Below are positions 10,614 to 20,115 of a stretch of DNA of 64,000 nucleotides, piece after piece. This stretch comes from an uncultured virus (IMG/VR IMGVR_UViG_3300037067_013349) (Duplodnaviria > Heunggongvirae > Uroviricota > Caudoviricetes). Position 1 is the stretch's first letter, and every line of letters begins with the position of its first letter. The DNA is taken from the IMG/VR virus record IMGVR_UViG_3300037067_013349; one strand, given 5' to 3'. Made by a program: the position numbers and the translations under genes. The notes below the pieces were generated by a model. The model was given only the letters and a program-made list of their open reading frames with translations. It was not told where the DNA came from and did no database searches.

Positions 10614-10949
10614 ATGATAGAATTTGATATTATCGATGAATTGGGAGATAACGCGGAACTACTGACAAAATCAGATTTGTGGTTGTCGACGGTAGAAGCT
10701 AAGCTAGCACAAAATCTGACTCTTTTATTACAAGACTTAGAGCAAGTACAAACTGCGATTAAGATTAAGCGCAGACTTCAGCAGAACAACAGAGTAGCAG
10801 TTAAGCGTCAAATTCGCAACAGCACAATCCCAGACGAAATAATCGAGATTCTGCCGCTGTCAAAAGCAGTAAAAGCAGCTAACCAGGGAAATCTGTCAGA
10901 TCAGGTTGGTGTATGGGCTGCTGATGGCTATGACATTCAATCTGTCTAG
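10614..10949 (+). CDS. Hypothetical protein
   Basis: 111-aa ORF with GAGGAG RBS. Confidence 0.55.
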   Translation: MIEFDIIDELGDNAELLTKSDLWLSTVEAKLAQNLTLLLQDLEQVQTAIKIKRRLQQNNRVAVKRQIRNSTIPDEIIEILPLSKAVKAANQGNLSDQVGVWAADGYDIQSV

Positions 10950-10959
10950 ACGGCTTGAT

Positions 10960-11856
10960 CTATCTTGATTTATTGGACTTGCCAGATTTGGCATTCAATC
11001 CATTTAGCTCGTCCAGTAATTGCTTTATTCTAGTCATCTCATCTAGATGTGATTGCCATTGTGCTCCAGATGGTAAGGCTGCACGAATGTTGGCGATCTC
11101 CAATGCGATTTCTGCATGTTTTCTTTTTAATTGCAGATATGGAATAATTTTTGGTAATATTTCACGTTGTTTCTCTGCCATCAACCTTATCGATCGTACA
11201 GGGCGTTTATTGTCTTTACCGCCACCAGCACGCAAAGAATTGACACCTAACTGTGATTCAAGATATCTGATAGTTTGTTGGTGTGCGAGAGCAATTTTGT
11301 GCACTGGTTTGATTGTGCAGCCGCCTTTGCCGAACTTAGCATTGATGATAGCCCCGTCGCCATCGGTCATTCCGGCCAGCCACGGCCAACTAAATTCATG
11401 TTCCCTTGGCTCTTGATCTTCTATAGCTCTCTTACCGACTTGGTTCAACTCACGCACTCTCCTATAGATAGAATCCCACAATTGTGATTCTTCTAGAGCA
11501 TAAAAGGAATTCTGACCATTTTTGACGTTTAACGCAGCTAATAACAGTTTAGCTTGCGGCTGCTTGGTATAGAGATGAGGGATCAGTTTGGGCAGGAGGC
11601 GACGAAGCTGGCCACCAATAATTGTAATCGTCCGTCTTGGTGAATGCCGTTTATTTCTGGGATGCGATCTTTGTTGGCTATGTCCAAGCAATTTACTTGC
11701 TGCCGGTATGATTATATCGTCCGTTGTGGAGATCCTAAGTCTGCAAGTACGTATTCTATAAGTGCGGCGTCCTCTTTTGGCACGCTTATAGGACATGCTG
11801 AAAGAACCCTCGGTGTCGATTACACCACATAACCATTTAATGTCGTGGTCAAACAT
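10960..11856 (-). mobile_element. Free-standing double-motif LAGLIDADG homing endonuclease
   Basis: WLCGVIDTEGSF and WLAGMTDGDGAI motifs, each followed by PHLYTK/PYLQLK; true start is probably the ATG at 11856, since the longer ORF overlaps purZ. Confidence 0.9.
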
Positions 11857-11877
11857 ATGGTATGTTTGACCACGACA
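11841..11877. promoter_or_regulatory. 17-bp perfect hairpin covering the LAGLIDADG start codon
   Basis: TGTCGTGGTCAAACATA-tgg-TATGTTTGACCACGACA. Confidence 0.8.
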
Positions 11878-11891
11878 GATGAAAGACAAAA

Positions 11892-13076
11892 ATGAGTGAT
11901 ACATATCGATTGCAGACGAACGCAAGCGGCGGAATGTTAGTTGTGACGACTGATGGTGGGGCTGGATCTTCTGGTAAAGGCTCCTTGAACTCTTGGATAG
12001 CTGATAAATGTACTTTCCATCTAGCCGCAAATAATTGGATGACAAATGCCGGGCACTATACCGAGCTCGACGATGGGACTCGCATACTAGTTCAGCATAT
12101 CCCGTCTGCATTTATCAACAAAAACACTGCCCTCTATATCGATGCCGGTGCTGCAATTGATCTTAAAACGTTGTTTGCAGAAGTAGCAAACCTGGAAGCA
12201 CTAGGATTTCCAATCCGCGAACGACTTACAATTCATCCGCTCGCGAATGTGATCACCGAAGAGAATAAACAATACGAGCGTGACACCATCAAGACTGGCA
12301 GCACGTTCAAAGGTTGCGGTGCTGCTATTGCTGCTAAGGCGATGCGTCTTACTCGCCAGAAGTTAGCGAGAGATTATGAAGAGCTGCGCGCATTTTGTAA
12401 GATCTGCGATCTTACGGCCGAGCTAAATATTGGCATATCTACCAAAGGTATGCGAGTGCTCATCGAAGGCTCGCAGGGCGTCGATCTGGACTTGAACTTT
12501 GCTGAATACCCATATTGCACATCGCGGCAAACGCACCCAACACAATTGGTCGCAGACGCTGGGCTGCCATGTCAAGCAGTTACCAATGTGATTATCAATC
12601 TGCGTACGAATCCAATCCGTATCAGTAACGAATCTGCAGCAACCGGCGAACACTGTTATACCGGCAACTACTGGGAAGCTAAAGAGATTGGGTGGGAAGC
12701 TGTTGCAAAACAAGCAGGGTATGACAACTTCGACGAATTTGTTGAGGAATACCAATACGCAATGATGACCTCTGTTACTAAGAAAGTCAGGCGCATCTTT
12801 GAGTTTCCAATCGAGAGAGCCAGATATGTCAATGCATTGGCTGGCGGGCTGCTGCCATCAAGCAACTTGCTATACAGCCTCAATTTTCTGAACTTCGTTG
12901 ATCGCACAATAAAGGGGAAGACGACTGTTGATGAAGTATTAACACCGAAGGTCAAACAATGGCTGGAGGACAACCTACTCGCAGTTATCAGAGAAAATGG
13001 TTGTGATGATAAAATTTGGTATGGGCTGCGATGGCTCAGAACCGGACCACGCCACAGTCAGATAGTTGAGCTCTAG
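11892..13076 (+). CDS. purZ: PurZ-type adenylosuccinate-synthetase paralogue (N6-succino-2-amino-dAMP synthase)
   Basis: DGGAGSSGKG (Ser in place of the PurA catalytic Asp), NAGH, GST, EGSQG, YPYCTSR, RTNPIRI, TSVTKKVRRIFEF, LNFLNF, TGP. Confidence 0.85.
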   Translation: MSDTYRLQTNASGGMLVVTTDGGAGSSGKGSLNSWIADKCTFHLAANNWMTNAGHYTELDDGTRILVQHIPSAFINKNTALYIDAGAAIDLKTLFAEVANLEALGFPIRERLTIHPLANVITEENKQYERDTIKTGSTFKGCGAAIAAKAMRLTRQKLARDYEELRAFCKICDLTAELNIGISTKGMRVLIEGSQGVDLDLNFAEYPYCTSRQTHPTQLVADAGLPCQAVTNVIINLRTNPIRISNESAATGEHCYTGNYWEAKEIGWEAVAKQAGYDNFDEFVEEYQYAMMTSVTKKVRRIFEFPIERARYVNALAGGLLPSSNLLYSLNFLNFVDRTIKGKTTVDEVLTPKVKQWLEDNLLAVIRENGCDDKIWYGLRWLRTGPRHSQIVEL

Positions 13077-13894
13077 TGATGAATATTAAGTTAGCTGCTT
13101 ATACGGACGAAGTTTTTGATGATCCAGATAAAGCCGGTGAGTTATTAGTCTCTAAAGGGATCACCCACGTTTGTTTGCGCCGCGCTTGGTGTCGTGATAT
13201 ATCAACGATGCCAGACAATGCTTTAAGTATATTGAATGATGTTTTGATCAAATACAACTTGCAGCCAGTGTTACTGCATACAGATATTGGATGCGTCGAA
13301 CCGCTTAAGTTATTATCTGAAGAGCCTAAGATTACTAGGGCCTTTCAGATATGCAAATTCCTTAAATGTAAGGCACTACGCATTGGGCTCGGCATCACTA
13401 CCAAAGATGCAAAAGAACAGCCAGATATTGTGCAGAAGTGGTTGTCAATTATTTCTGCATTAAGTATATCGTACGATGTAGCATTATTATTCGAGCCAGA
13501 ATTGAACAGTTACTACAGCCATCCTGCATCAATTGCCGTAGTTCTGAATAAACATCGAAGGGTAAATCTGTTATTTGACCCGGCAATGCTTGTGTTGCGA
13601 TCTAAAACAAATCCTTTCGTCAAATTTTGGTCCTTACTCAAATCCCGCGTGAATTTCATAGATATTCATGATTTTAAAAGTAGGGATTCAGCAAGGCCAG
13701 CTGGGGCAGGAGATGCTCAATTGGACGCTATTGTGTCTGATGCGTTGGCAGATGACTTCAAGGGGTGGTTCTGTATCGAACCCGGACTGGGCAAGCGGTA
13801 TGGTGATGCAACAACAAAAGATAAAACGTTCTTGCGTGCTCTTGACGCTTTTGAAGCAATGTTGAAAAGAACACATTTGTCTAAAGTTTTATAA
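13076..13894 (+). CDS. Xylose-isomerase-like / AP endonuclease 2 TIM-barrel metalloenzyme
   Basis: AAYTDE, LLFEP, LFDPA, IDIHD, GAGD, GWFCIEP metal-ligand pattern; translationally coupled to purZ. Confidence 0.8.
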   Translation: MMNIKLAAYTDEVFDDPDKAGELLVSKGITHVCLRRAWCRDISTMPDNALSILNDVLIKYNLQPVLLHTDIGCVEPLKLLSEEPKITRAFQICKFLKCKALRIGLGITTKDAKEQPDIVQKWLSIISALSISYDVALLFEPELNSYYSHPASIAVVLNKHRRVNLLFDPAMLVLRSKTNPFVKFWSLLKSRVNFIDIHDFKSRDSARPAGAGDAQLDAIVSDALADDFKGWFCIEPGLGKRYGDATTKDKTFLRALDAFEAMLKRTHLSKVL

Positions 13895-14121
13895 TGGAGA
13901 ATACGATGCCAATCAATATCTCTGGTGCTCTAGCCGAGATGCGTAAAGCTGGCTCAAAAGGTATCCGGACTATGCCGATGCCCGGTCAAGACATTAACAC
14001 AGGCTTTTACTTAATTGAGATTGCCAAAGATGGTTGTTGGGAGCCATTATTAGAGGGCCTGCCGCGTGCAACTGCTGAAAGTCTGATTGCACAGGCGACC
14101 AATCGCGTTATAATGGAGTAG
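13894..14121 (+). CDS. Hypothetical protein
   Basis: 75-aa ORF, TAATG overlap with the upstream gene. Confidence 0.55.
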   Translation: MENTMPINISGALAEMRKAGSKGIRTMPMPGQDINTGFYLIEIAKDGCWEPLLEGLPRATAESLIAQATNRVIME

Positions 14122-14468
14122 AATATTATTGGTACAAGACTTGTCTGGCTCAGAGAGAGACTAGCTAAACAATCGCCGCCCGATTGTTTAGCAGAGTTGA
14201 TAGGCGTCTATGATCCTCTAACGAGAATAATTACTATTTCGTTAGTATTGACAATAGATGGGACAGAATATAGAGTGGTCAGATGTCATAAGCCGGTTGT
14301 TTTAAGACAGACAAATGACGAAATAACAGAGTTACGCATATTGCATCGCAATATGATTGCCTATATGGTGCGAACCTATGGCGAGATCGAATGGTCTGCT
14401 ATAGTGAGAAAGTTCCTAGGCTGGTCAACTAATCCATCGCATAAAGCAATTATGCAACGATGGATTTC

Positions 14469-14732
14469 TCACCAAGTTTGAGCATTCTTGGCAAAGACGG
14501 CCTGCTTCTTTGTCGCTTTTGAGGCACCGCTACCAGGCTTTAATACCTGATTGGCGTATCCTGCGACACTCTTCCCAGCCCGATTTGCTTTCTCGGTGAA
14601 TTTGCCTCTGTTTGCAGGCTTAATAGTTCCAGTCTTCTTCTCAGACACAACCGGGGTCTGGTTGACAGTGATTTTCGACTGGGCTATCGAGCCTACGAAT
14701 CCAGATCCAAAAAGAACATTTGGTCTATTCAT
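14469..14732 (-). CDS. Small basic protein with IKPANRGKFT...AVFAKNA-W motif
   Basis: The motif resembles a short domain I recall from other large phage proteins; not verified. Confidence 0.5.
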   Translation of the reverse strand: MNRPNVLFGSGFVGSIAQSKITVNQTPVVSEKKTGTIKPANRGKFTEKANRAGKSVAGYANQVLKPGSGASKATKKQAVFAKNAQTW

Positions 14733-14741
14733 CTTATTGTC

Positions 14742-15635
14742 CTATTGCTCAGGGCCGTACTTACGTTTGAATTCGTTGAAATCTGTTGGATATGGTTTAG
14801 TCGGAAGATGAGGGATATCAATTCTCATCCCCATTCTTTTTGCTTTAGCGTTAATTCTCTGCAGCCAGTATTTCTCTGGTTTATCTCTGTATTTCGTTTT
14901 ACTAGAATCAACCATGCATTTGTTGATATACATGGCCATTTCATACTTGCGAGTCAATGGCGTCGATGGAATTTTTGGTTTCTTGGTCCTGAATCGCCGT
15001 TTTTCATGAAATTGTTTAGCGACATATGGTATCACCATTGCAGCAATTCGAGCATTATTGCTTGCTCGGATCATTGCGGCACCGCGTTTGATCCGCTTTT
15101 TAGGATCGAACATATCTAGAGCACTAGCTATCGATTGGCCAAGAGATTCTTGGATTTTGCCCTCTGTGTAGTGACGGCGATTAGGTTTTCTTTTAATACC
15201 AAATAATCGGTTAAATATCTCATCCACTTCTGCATTACGTCTATTATGTTTTGTTAGGGCTGCGAATCTGCTCTTGACATCTTCTAAGTCTTTATTAACA
15301 ATTAAGTCTGCCTTAGTTCTGGCCTTGTCTATAATTTCTGCACGTTGCTTAGGAGTAATATAGCCTCCATACTTTTTTGCAATTGCATTAATCAGGGAAA
15401 GCCACCATTCATTTGACTCCGGACTGTCGTCTATTAATGATACGTCTAGCGTCTTAGCCGCTTTTATAAAGTCCGACAACCCCAATCGTTCAACTTCCTT
15501 GTCGTGACCTGATACCCACGACTGGAATTGCGACACTTTTGATCCGATAAGATCGGATATAATACCTTCACAAACTAATTCTTCTCGGCCAAGCGATAAG
15601 ATGTCATCAAGACGGTTAATATTTGCAAGCTTCAT
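14742..15635 (-). CDS. Hypothetical protein (possibly virion-associated)
   Basis: 297-aa ORF; MKLxxI N-terminus. Confidence 0.55.
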   Translation of the reverse strand: MKLANINRLDDILSLGREELVCEGIISDLIGSKVSQFQSWVSGHDKEVERLGLSDFIKAAKTLDVSLIDDSPESNEWWLSLINAIAKKYGGYITPKQRAEIIDKARTKADLIVNKDLEDVKSRFAALTKHNRRNAEVDEIFNRLFGIKRKPNRRHYTEGKIQESLGQSIASALDMFDPKKRIKRGAAMIRASNNARIAAMVIPYVAKQFHEKRRFRTKKPKIPSTPLTRKYEMAMYINKCMVDSSKTKYRDKPEKYWLQRINAKAKRMGMRIDIPHLPTKPYPTDFNEFKRKYGPEQ

Positions 15636-15750
15636 TTATTACTACCACCGGAGAGTGTTATTAAACCGCCTGATAATAAGGGGATTGATGCAAAATGGAC
15701 TCTGTGATAAAATTTGGCAGCAAAACGTATTTGAAGAATGTGGGGATACA

Positions 15751-16158
15751 ATGGCCAAAACACCTAAATTACGAATGGCGTCTAGATTACAAGTACCATT
15801 TTTCGTAATCGCTTACGGCCCAAAAAGGTTATTTTCTCTCGACGATGAAGCAGGAAACAGTACATTACCAATTTTTACCGAAGGAGAGGCTGCAGAATTG
15901 TATCGAAGACATTTTGCCAAGAGCTTTAAATTGAAGCTCCAAGTCTTCGTTGTAGACAAGATAGAAAATGCACTGAATTTAATAGAATGTGCTAGCCTAA
16001 TCTGTCCATCATTGCAGCATGTCGTTATAAATCCCTTTTTACCATCTCCACACATAACTCAACCTAAACCGAAAGCAATATCAACTGTGATCGCAAATCT
16101 CAAGGCTCAATATCGTCGTCAAAAGGGGCATAATCATCAGAATCCTCGTAAGAAATAG
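15751..16158 (+). CDS. Hypothetical protein (LPIFT motif, SseB/DUF3110-like)
   Basis: TLPIFTEGEAAELY; GTATTT motif upstream. Confidence 0.45.
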   Translation: MAKTPKLRMASRLQVPFFVIAYGPKRLFSLDDEAGNSTLPIFTEGEAAELYRRHFAKSFKLKLQVFVVDKIENALNLIECASLICPSLQHVVINPFLPSPHITQPKPKAISTVIANLKAQYRRQKGHNHQNPRKK

Positions 16159-16526
16159 GAATCCTTGGCACAGGATGTGATTGATCAAGAGGTTCGTCAT
16201 CGAGCGGTACCTCTTCCTCCTGCACTTTGTTAGGGTCTGTGTTCATGCCAAACACTCCATATCCACAATATCCTCCGAATTTCACAAAAGTAACTGAGGT
16301 CGGCGGTTATCATCGGACCTGCATAGTGATCGATTTATTTACGCTTCAAGAATTAGGGGCACCTCAGTTAGCTATGATTGAGGATCAGATTGAACTATTA
16401 TTATCCAGAATTAGCCTAGTCGACAAATCAGAAGTCGTAGGGCCACACAGATTTATTAAGCCTTTAAAAGTTGCTCTAAGATTGGAATAACTATAATAAA
16501 GTATTTAATTAGTCGGAAGGAATAAA

Positions 16527-17204
16527 ATGCAAGCTAGACTGCTGACGCCAGAAGGAGGAGTTTCTAATGAAATTTACGAGATTGTTGGTCCAGCAGACCG
16601 AAAGAATTGTATTTATGTAACTGATAGCGATGGTAAGCAGATTAGGGTACATAAAGAGAGAATGCTGCCGCTGAACTCTCCCGGAAAATTGGTCGCTGTC
16701 AACCACGGGGGGAAAATGAAAGCGGCTTGCCCTGTGTGCTCAAGGACATTAATTGTCGAAAGCAATGTCGCCGAATGCCCTATCCATGGCAAAATGCAAG
16801 TAGTCAGCCACGAACATCTAACCAATCCGGACGAACAGTCCACAACTCAGCAGGAAGTAAAAATGTCAAAAGAAGTCACCACTACCACAGTCGATTTTTC
16901 AGTTGTTGCTCAATACGGCGTAGAAGTATGGACCAAACAGCAACTGAAGTTCAGTGATCCACGAACCGACGTTCAATCGCACGTTTTACTCGCAGATGAT
17001 CCGCCGCGAAAATTATGCTTCAATACTTATAATGGAGCATTGGGAAAGAAGAAAGCACATACGATGGACGCATTCCTTTCCCAACTCCAATCGTTTAAGG
17101 ATGGAGCAGCTGTAGCACCATCCGGTGCTGCCGTTTATCCATTGAAAGGAACGTTGGACGACGCCCGGAAGCGGCTTGAGAAATCAGGATACACTAAGAG
17201 ATAA
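16527..17204 (+). CDS. Hypothetical protein with zinc ribbon
   Basis: CPVC...CPIHG; AAGGA RBS. Confidence 0.6.
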   Translation: MQARLLTPEGGVSNEIYEIVGPADRKNCIYVTDSDGKQIRVHKERMLPLNSPGKLVAVNHGGKMKAACPVCSRTLIVESNVAECPIHGKMQVVSHEHLTNPDEQSTTQQEVKMSKEVTTTTVDFSVVAQYGVEVWTKQQLKFSDPRTDVQSHVLLADDPPRKLCFNTYNGALGKKKAHTMDAFLSQLQSFKDGAAVAPSGAAVYPLKGTLDDARKRLEKSGYTKR

Positions 17205-17260
17205 CGCATTTATCTCACGCCTACAGGATGCTATCAGACTTTTAAGCAAAGGATTGTTCA

Positions 17261-17434
17261 ATGCTTGTATTATCTCGTAAGAAGAACGAGAGTATCGTCA
17301 TCAACGACGACATTACGATCGTTGTGGTAGAAATTCGAGGCGACAAAGTTCGTCTAGGCATTGAGGCTCCCAAGGAAGTGCCTGTCCATCGTAGAGAAGT
17401 CTTTGACGCAATCCAGGCTGAAACTTCAGCGTAA
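17261..17434 (+). CDS. csrA: Carbon storage regulator CsrA/RsmA (57 aa, not in the ORF track)
   Basis: Translated by hand: MLVLSRKKNESIVINDDITIVVVEIRGDKVRLGIEAPKEVPVHRREVFDAIQAETSA. Confidence 0.95.
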   Translation: MLVLSRKKNESIVINDDITIVVVEIRGDKVRLGIEAPKEVPVHRREVFDAIQAETSA

Positions 17435-17811
17435 TGAATGAAGATACAATCAGGCGTCGTGGCACAGCACGAAAATTAGCGCGTGATGTGTTTTCGTTAA
17501 TTGCGGAAGAGGCATCCAATATACAGCCTGACGCTATTGATTCATTCTGGGATGAAATAAGAAAATCTCTACCGCAGCAGGTGACGGTCGTGGTCACGAA
17601 AGCCTGTGAAATGACCGTCGAGGAAGCTCGTAGATTTGGTATGTCTTTAATGCCTTTTGGAGAATTTAAAGGTCAACCAATTAATGCTATACCACTTAAT
17701 AGGTTAGAGTGGTATAGCGATTCTAAGTTTCAGCAAGAGCTTACTCGCTATTTAAATAGCCCAAATATCAAGCAAGAGAGAATGTTAAATGATCTGTCAG
17801 ACGACGATTAG
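17434..17811 (+). CDS. Protein with C-terminal DUF3820-like (MPFGxxKG) domain
   Basis: MPFGEFKGQPINAIPLNRLEWY. Confidence 0.65.
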   Translation: MNEDTIRRRGTARKLARDVFSLIAEEASNIQPDAIDSFWDEIRKSLPQQVTVVVTKACEMTVEEARRFGMSLMPFGEFKGQPINAIPLNRLEWYSDSKFQQELTRYLNSPNIKQERMLNDLSDDD

Positions 17812-18530
17812 CTTTTCTTCGCTAAGATCCAACACTGGCAGACATTACACTCTTCATTTGTAACTCGCCCATCGATTTGAATATCTTCATAGGTTGGCCA
17901 AGCGTGATTGTACCATAGTTGTTGTATATATCTATAATTTCCCCATTGCCCAATCTCTACGATTTCAAAATTAGCTGACGCAAATAACATTGCGAGCCCC
18001 GCTGGCGTAAAACCATTGAAATGGATTGGGGTTAAATGTGGTATATTTAGAGTTGGTACGCTTGTGAAAACATACCCTCCTGATCTTACAGCGTCATAGA
18101 TATTTTGGACAGCTAAAAAAGGATTATATAAGTGTTCTAATGTCTGATTAAAAATGAAGAAATCAAAGTAGTTTTGGAAATAAGATGACAGAGTATGAAG
18201 ATCATATTTTGGATAGCTGATAAGGGCTTGCTCTTCATATGTAACAAATTCGATTTCTGGGTCATTGTTCGTAAACCCTAATGCACAGCCATTTTTGATA
18301 TTGTGTTTATTAGTCCATTCAATAAAATCAAGTATGCACCATACTCTTGGAAAGTCTTTGCCTTTCCAAGAACAGCTCCAAGACTTCACTGGGCATGTAG
18401 GTAATGCTTCATATTTGGTGAAATAAGATGCAGGAAGGTGGATATGCGAATCATAAATCTTATAAATATCATGTTCCGAAAACAACTTCATGTGATAACT
18501 TTGCATATCAAAATTATCACATGAGAACAT
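17808..18530 (-). CDS. SAM methyltransferase (type 11-like)
   Basis: FDFFIFNQTLEHLYNP, VRSGGYVFTSVP motifs. Confidence 0.8.
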   Translation of the reverse strand: MFSCDNFDMQSYHMKLFSEHDIYKIYDSHIHLPASYFTKYEALPTCPVKSWSCSWKGKDFPRVWCILDFIEWTNKHNIKNGCALGFTNNDPEIEFVTYEEQALISYPKYDLHTLSSYFQNYFDFFIFNQTLEHLYNPFLAVQNIYDAVRSGGYVFTSVPTLNIPHLTPIHFNGFTPAGLAMLFASANFEIVEIGQWGNYRYIQQLWYNHAWPTYEDIQIDGRVTNEECNVCQCWILAKKS

Positions 18531-19279
18531 TCAAAGAACTGATGCTCTGTGCGACCAACGAGGATGCAATTTGGCCAAGTATAGAGTATTTATTTCATAC
18601 ACATTATGTCGATTCGTCAGTTACAACTCAACTTATACCCAGGATAATTCATCAAATCTGGCTTGGTAGCGAATTCCCGACCAAACTCCACAGACTACGC
18701 AACACCTGGATAGCTAAGCATCCAAACTGGCAATATCATCTTTGGACAGATAGGGATGTTGCTAGCTTTGGGCTTACTAATAAAAAGATGTTCGATTCTG
18801 CTCAGAATTTGGGGGCCAAATCTGATATATTCAGATATGAAATCTTATACCGGTATGGTGGACTATATATTGATACCGATTTTGAATGTTTTAAACCGCT
18901 TGATGACATGCTGCGTCTGGAATTTTTTACTGGTTGCGGCACTTCAGAAGCGATTTGGTTTAATGGCTTATTCGCATGTCGCCCCAATCATCCCATATTA
19001 GAATATTTGATATTACGCCTCGCATATAACAATTCGTCGAATTGGGACGAGATAATGCGAATGACAGGGCCAGGTTTCTTCACTCAAGCGGTCAATGCAT
19101 ATATTCACACTCATCCTGATACACCTCTAGTAGTTTTCCCATCTGCATTTTTCTACCCTGTCAAGAATGATATTAGATTCCAAATCAGAGAAGACACGCC
19201 AGCAAGCAGAGAGATAGTAAAACAGTATTTACATCCTGAATCGCACTGCGCCCATTTATGGTATTGTAGCTGGCAATGA
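18521..19279 (+). CDS. DXD glycosyltransferase (GT32/OCH1-like)
   Basis: IPRIIHQIWLG, SDIFRYEILYRYGGLYIDTD, TGPG motifs. Confidence 0.9.
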   Translation: MRTFKELMLCATNEDAIWPSIEYLFHTHYVDSSVTTQLIPRIIHQIWLGSEFPTKLHRLRNTWIAKHPNWQYHLWTDRDVASFGLTNKKMFDSAQNLGAKSDIFRYEILYRYGGLYIDTDFECFKPLDDMLRLEFFTGCGTSEAIWFNGLFACRPNHPILEYLILRLAYNNSSNWDEIMRMTGPGFFTQAVNAYIHTHPDTPLVVFPSAFFYPVKNDIRFQIREDTPASREIVKQYLHPESHCAHLWYCSWQ

Positions 19280-20115
19280 TAACATTTGCTGATTTGATAG
19301 TCGGTGAAAAGTTTGTGCAGGCCGCTGATTTCGTATTCTCTAGAGAATACGAGTTTGACTATCATAAACTTGAAAATACCTTCGATGTTTCAAAACTAAA
19401 AGACATCAATGTCGTGTATCTTCATACAGTCTTTAAAGATGATTTCTTCCGCCTCATTCGCGGTTTGCCACATCAATTTATAGTCATAAGCCATAATTGT
19501 GATACAAATGTTATCTGCGCTGATATGCCGCCAAATGTTATTCGGTGGTTTTCGCAAAATGTAGCTGTAAGAGACGATAGATTAGAGTCGCTCCCAATAG
19601 GTCTTGAAAATAGTAGATGGTTCCCGGAAGTCGATAAAAAACGCAAAATATTAGTAAAGATTCAGACAAACAAATCGATTAAAAATGTTGTCTATATGAA
19701 CCACAATATAGCAACAAATGAGTGTGAGCGATCCCACCCATATGAATTATTATCCAATAAAAGCTTTGTTACAACGAGGATGGGTTTAAATCCATACAAC
19801 TTTGACCAGTATCTAGATGACCTACACAGTCATCAATTTGTAGTATCACCAGCAGGAAACGGTATTGATACACATAGAAAATGGGAAGCTCTCTATGTTG
19901 GAACCATACCAATTGAGAAGCGATGTGTCAATAGCGTTTTTTACGAAGACCTTCCGATTTGTCTAATAGATGATTGGGAGCAAGTGACAGAAGAGTTTCT
20001 CGAATCTGAATATAGACGTATCACATGCACAATATGGAATCTTGAAAAACTCAAGATGTCTTGGTGGCTACATCACATTCAAAGTGCACGCCAATTTTCC
20101 CAGACAAATTCATAA
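19276..20115 (+). CDS. Exostosin/GT47-like glycosyltransferase
   Basis: FVVSPAGNGIDTHRKWEALYVGTIPI. Confidence 0.8.
   Translation: MITFADLIVGEKFVQAADFVFSREYEFDYHKLENTFDVSKLKDINVVYLHTVFKDDFFRLIRGLPHQFIVISHNCDTNVICADMPPNVIRWFSQNVAVRDDRLESLPIGLENSRWFPEVDKKRKILVKIQTNKSIKNVVYMNHNIATNECERSHPYELLSNKSFVTTRMGLNPYNFDQYLDDLHSHQFVVSPAGNGIDTHRKWEALYVGTIPIEKRCVNSVFYEDLPICLIDDWEQVTEEFLESEYRRITCTIWNLEKLKMSWWLHHIQSARQFSQTNS

Noticed and set aside
10960..11856. Group I intron or intein hosting the LAGLIDADG gene
   Set aside because: It is on the opposite strand to its neighbours, the flanking genes look complete, and no splice motifs were seen
11857..12111. N-terminal 85 aa of the LAGLIDADG ORF as given in the track
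   Set aside because: It is antisense to purZ; the first LAGLIDADG motif starts right after the ATG at 11856
13894..14481. TAG stop-codon recoding, suggested by in-frame continuations across TAG at 14119-14121 and 9303-9305
   Set aside because: Long conserved genes (SbcC, PurZ, RarA, protease) are intact in the standard code, and no suppressor tRNA is present in the window
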